Assembly: GCF_006345805.1 (NCBI RefSeq)
Contig: NW_021832220.1
Coordinates: forward strand, 124,001 to 188,000
DNA from: Octopus sinensis
Lineage: Eukaryota
Reading direction: 5' to 3'
Length of the DNA: 64,000 bases
Position numbers and translations under genes: made by a program. Within the stretch, counting starts at the first letter, position 1. Each line of letters begins with the position of its first letter. Shown here piece after piece: positions 62,183 through 64,000 of the stretch. The notes under the pieces are model-generated. The model did not search any database and had not been told where the DNA came from. It saw nothing but the letters and a program-made list of their open reading frames with translations.

Positions 62183-62626
62183 ATATTGTTATATTTCGGA
62201 ATGGTCATTTTGCCAGTTTAGCCAATAAAAACACACGCACTATATATTTGGTGTTACTTTGCTTCAGTGTTATTTATTTTTACCATTAATCTTAATCTTA
62301 TTTCGGCCAGAGTTCTTTCGTCACACTCCTGTGACCGCATCAGTGGTTCTTTGCTTTCTTCTTTCTTATTTATGTTTCTCTCCTTAGTAACCGTCAGCCA
62401 TTTTGTATTTCTATTGTATCAATAAGGAGAGACACATAAATAAGAAAGAAGAAAACAAAGGACCACTGATGCGGTCACAGGAGTATGACGAAAGAACTCT
62501 GACCGAAATAAGATTAAGATTAATGTAAAAAATAAATAACACTGAAGCAAAATAACACCAAATATATAGTGCGTGTGTTTTTATTGGCTAAACTGGCAAA
62601 ATGACCATTCCGAAATATAACAATAT
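62183..62626. repeat. Near-perfect foldback, 204-bp arms (62183-62386 / 62423-62626), 36-bp loop
   Basis: Arms are reverse complements with few mismatches. Confidence 0.93.
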
Positions 62627-62647
62627 ATATATATATATATATATATG

Positions 62648-63017
62648 AATCTTTTTACTTCATTATAATCAGCGCGCTCATCCGCTTCCCGAACTTGTCA
62701 ATTAAAATTTTGTGAATGTACAAACAGCTTGTTCCTCTGTCTATCTATCTATCTATCTATCTATCTATGTATATATATATATTTATCTATCTACCTACTT
62801 ACCTACCTACCTACCTACCTATATTTCTATCTATCTGTCTCCATTATCATGGAACTTCGCCCGGGGTGGGGCAGAAACAATGTTCGCCCCTTCTAGACAG
62901 AAACCCCGGGGAGCATCTGTTTTATATATATGAACAAGCTGTTTGTACATTCACAAAATTCTATTTGACAAGTTCGAGAAGCGTTGAGGACGCTGATGAT
63001 GATGAACTAAAATGATT
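62648..63017. repeat. MITE-like element, ~85-bp diverged TIRs around a microsatellite spacer
   Basis: gaacttgtcaattaaaattttgtgaatgtacaaacagcttgttc pairs with gaacaagctgtttgtacattcacaaaattctatttgacaagttc. Confidence 0.8.
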
Positions 63018-63620
63018 TTTTTCCAAGATTCTGACAACCTTTTTTCTTAATATATATATATACATATATTTTTTAATAATGTATTATTATTATTATTAAT
63101 ATAAGGAAATCAATATTGAACTCATCATAAAGATATACCCGTGTGAAAAACCTTATTGTATTAAAAATATATATAAATAAATATAAAATTATAAATATAA
63201 TGTATAAGATAAATATATGCTTATCAATATAGGATTTCATTCTAGGGACAACTCTTCTGCGAAACGATCGTAAGATGCTTTAAATAATGAATTCAAAACT
63301 TTTAATCTTTCAAATTTATCTTATACACTATATTTATAATTTTATATTTATTTATTTATATATATTTTTAATACAATAAGGTTGATTTCCTTATATTATT
63401 AATAATAATATATTATTAAAAAATATAAGTATATATCGCTCATATTAAATATATACTTTAATAGTATTAATATTTTTATACAATGGAGCACTCAATATAA
63501 ATTCAGTATATAATATTCTTATTGAATATATTTACCTAAAGATTTATATATATATATGAAGGACAACAAAAGGACGTGCACAAGGAATGTATTAGATTGA
63601 CAGTCGATGAAAATAGAGAG

Positions 63621-63655
63621 TTTGGTGTTTCGAGGATAGCTCTTTGTCAGAAAGG
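63621..63655 (-). ncRNA. Degenerate hammerhead ribozyme (family of 22666-22700)
   Basis: Minus strand tttCTGACAA-a-gag-ctatc-ctc-GAAAC-ACC; G8 and the cleavage triplet are mutated. Confidence 0.35.
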
Positions 63656-63949
63656 AGAAAGGGAAAAGGCCAAAGAAGGAAAGGAAATTGCAAACAGCAC
63701 GTGTGTGATTACATTGCTGAAGTAACTAGAAGTAGAAAGAGATAGAGAAAGTGTTTTTTGGGGGACAAGCGAGTACGTAGACAGTCAATATGTATGTGTG
63801 TGGTAGTATCTGTTTGTGTTTGTGTGAGTGATGTGCGTTTGATGGTGTGAGTCAACGAGCAGGGAGGTGGAAAGTGTGAGTGTGTGTGTGTGTGTGTTTG
63901 CATGTGTGCATATGACAGAGTGGGAATGTATGTGTTTGAGTGTGTGTGC

Positions 63950-63992
<43 letters not shown>

Positions 63993-64000
63993 CTCTGCAA

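Noticed and set aside
63255-63282. GAAAC-GATC-GTA hammerhead half-motif
   Set aside because: No CUGANGA or stem II found upstream; at most a relic.

Overview
AT-rich, microsatellite-dense eukaryotic DNA. The repeat complement (RTE LINEs with (GAT)n tails, Dong/R4 LINEs in (TAA)n tracts, Penelope-like elements, tRNA-derived SINEs) suggests an octopus/coleoid genome; this is inference and was not database-checked. No prokaryotic features, CRISPR, rRNA or bona fide tRNA genes were found. Most ORF-track entries are TE fragments or microsatellite read-through. Three things stand out. (1) A very homogeneous 535-bp tandem array (46731-50094) carries one canonical type I hammerhead ribozyme per unit and has an inverted 5' unit, i.e. 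a retrozyme-like element. Solo hammerheads and several Penelope RT/GIY-YIG remnants elsewhere in the window could have mobilised it. (2) Two paralogous minus-strand multi-exon genes, not resolved by the ORF track, encode a signal peptide plus a C-x2-C-x5-C-x-C-x12-C-x4-C domain that I cannot assign to a family. Gene A has exons at 9470-9524 and 5176-5313. Gene B has exons at 58398-58452 and 50475-50621, with candidate duplicated last exons near 37-38 kb. (3) A 231-copy 22-bp two-variant minisatellite (1-5082) appears to have expanded from a seed that is still single-copy at the equivalent intron position of the paralog. Also present: a near-intact CR1-group LINE nested in a Penelope element, mariner and Helitron remnants, foldback elements and a CpG-rich patch. 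All alignments and folds were done by eye.
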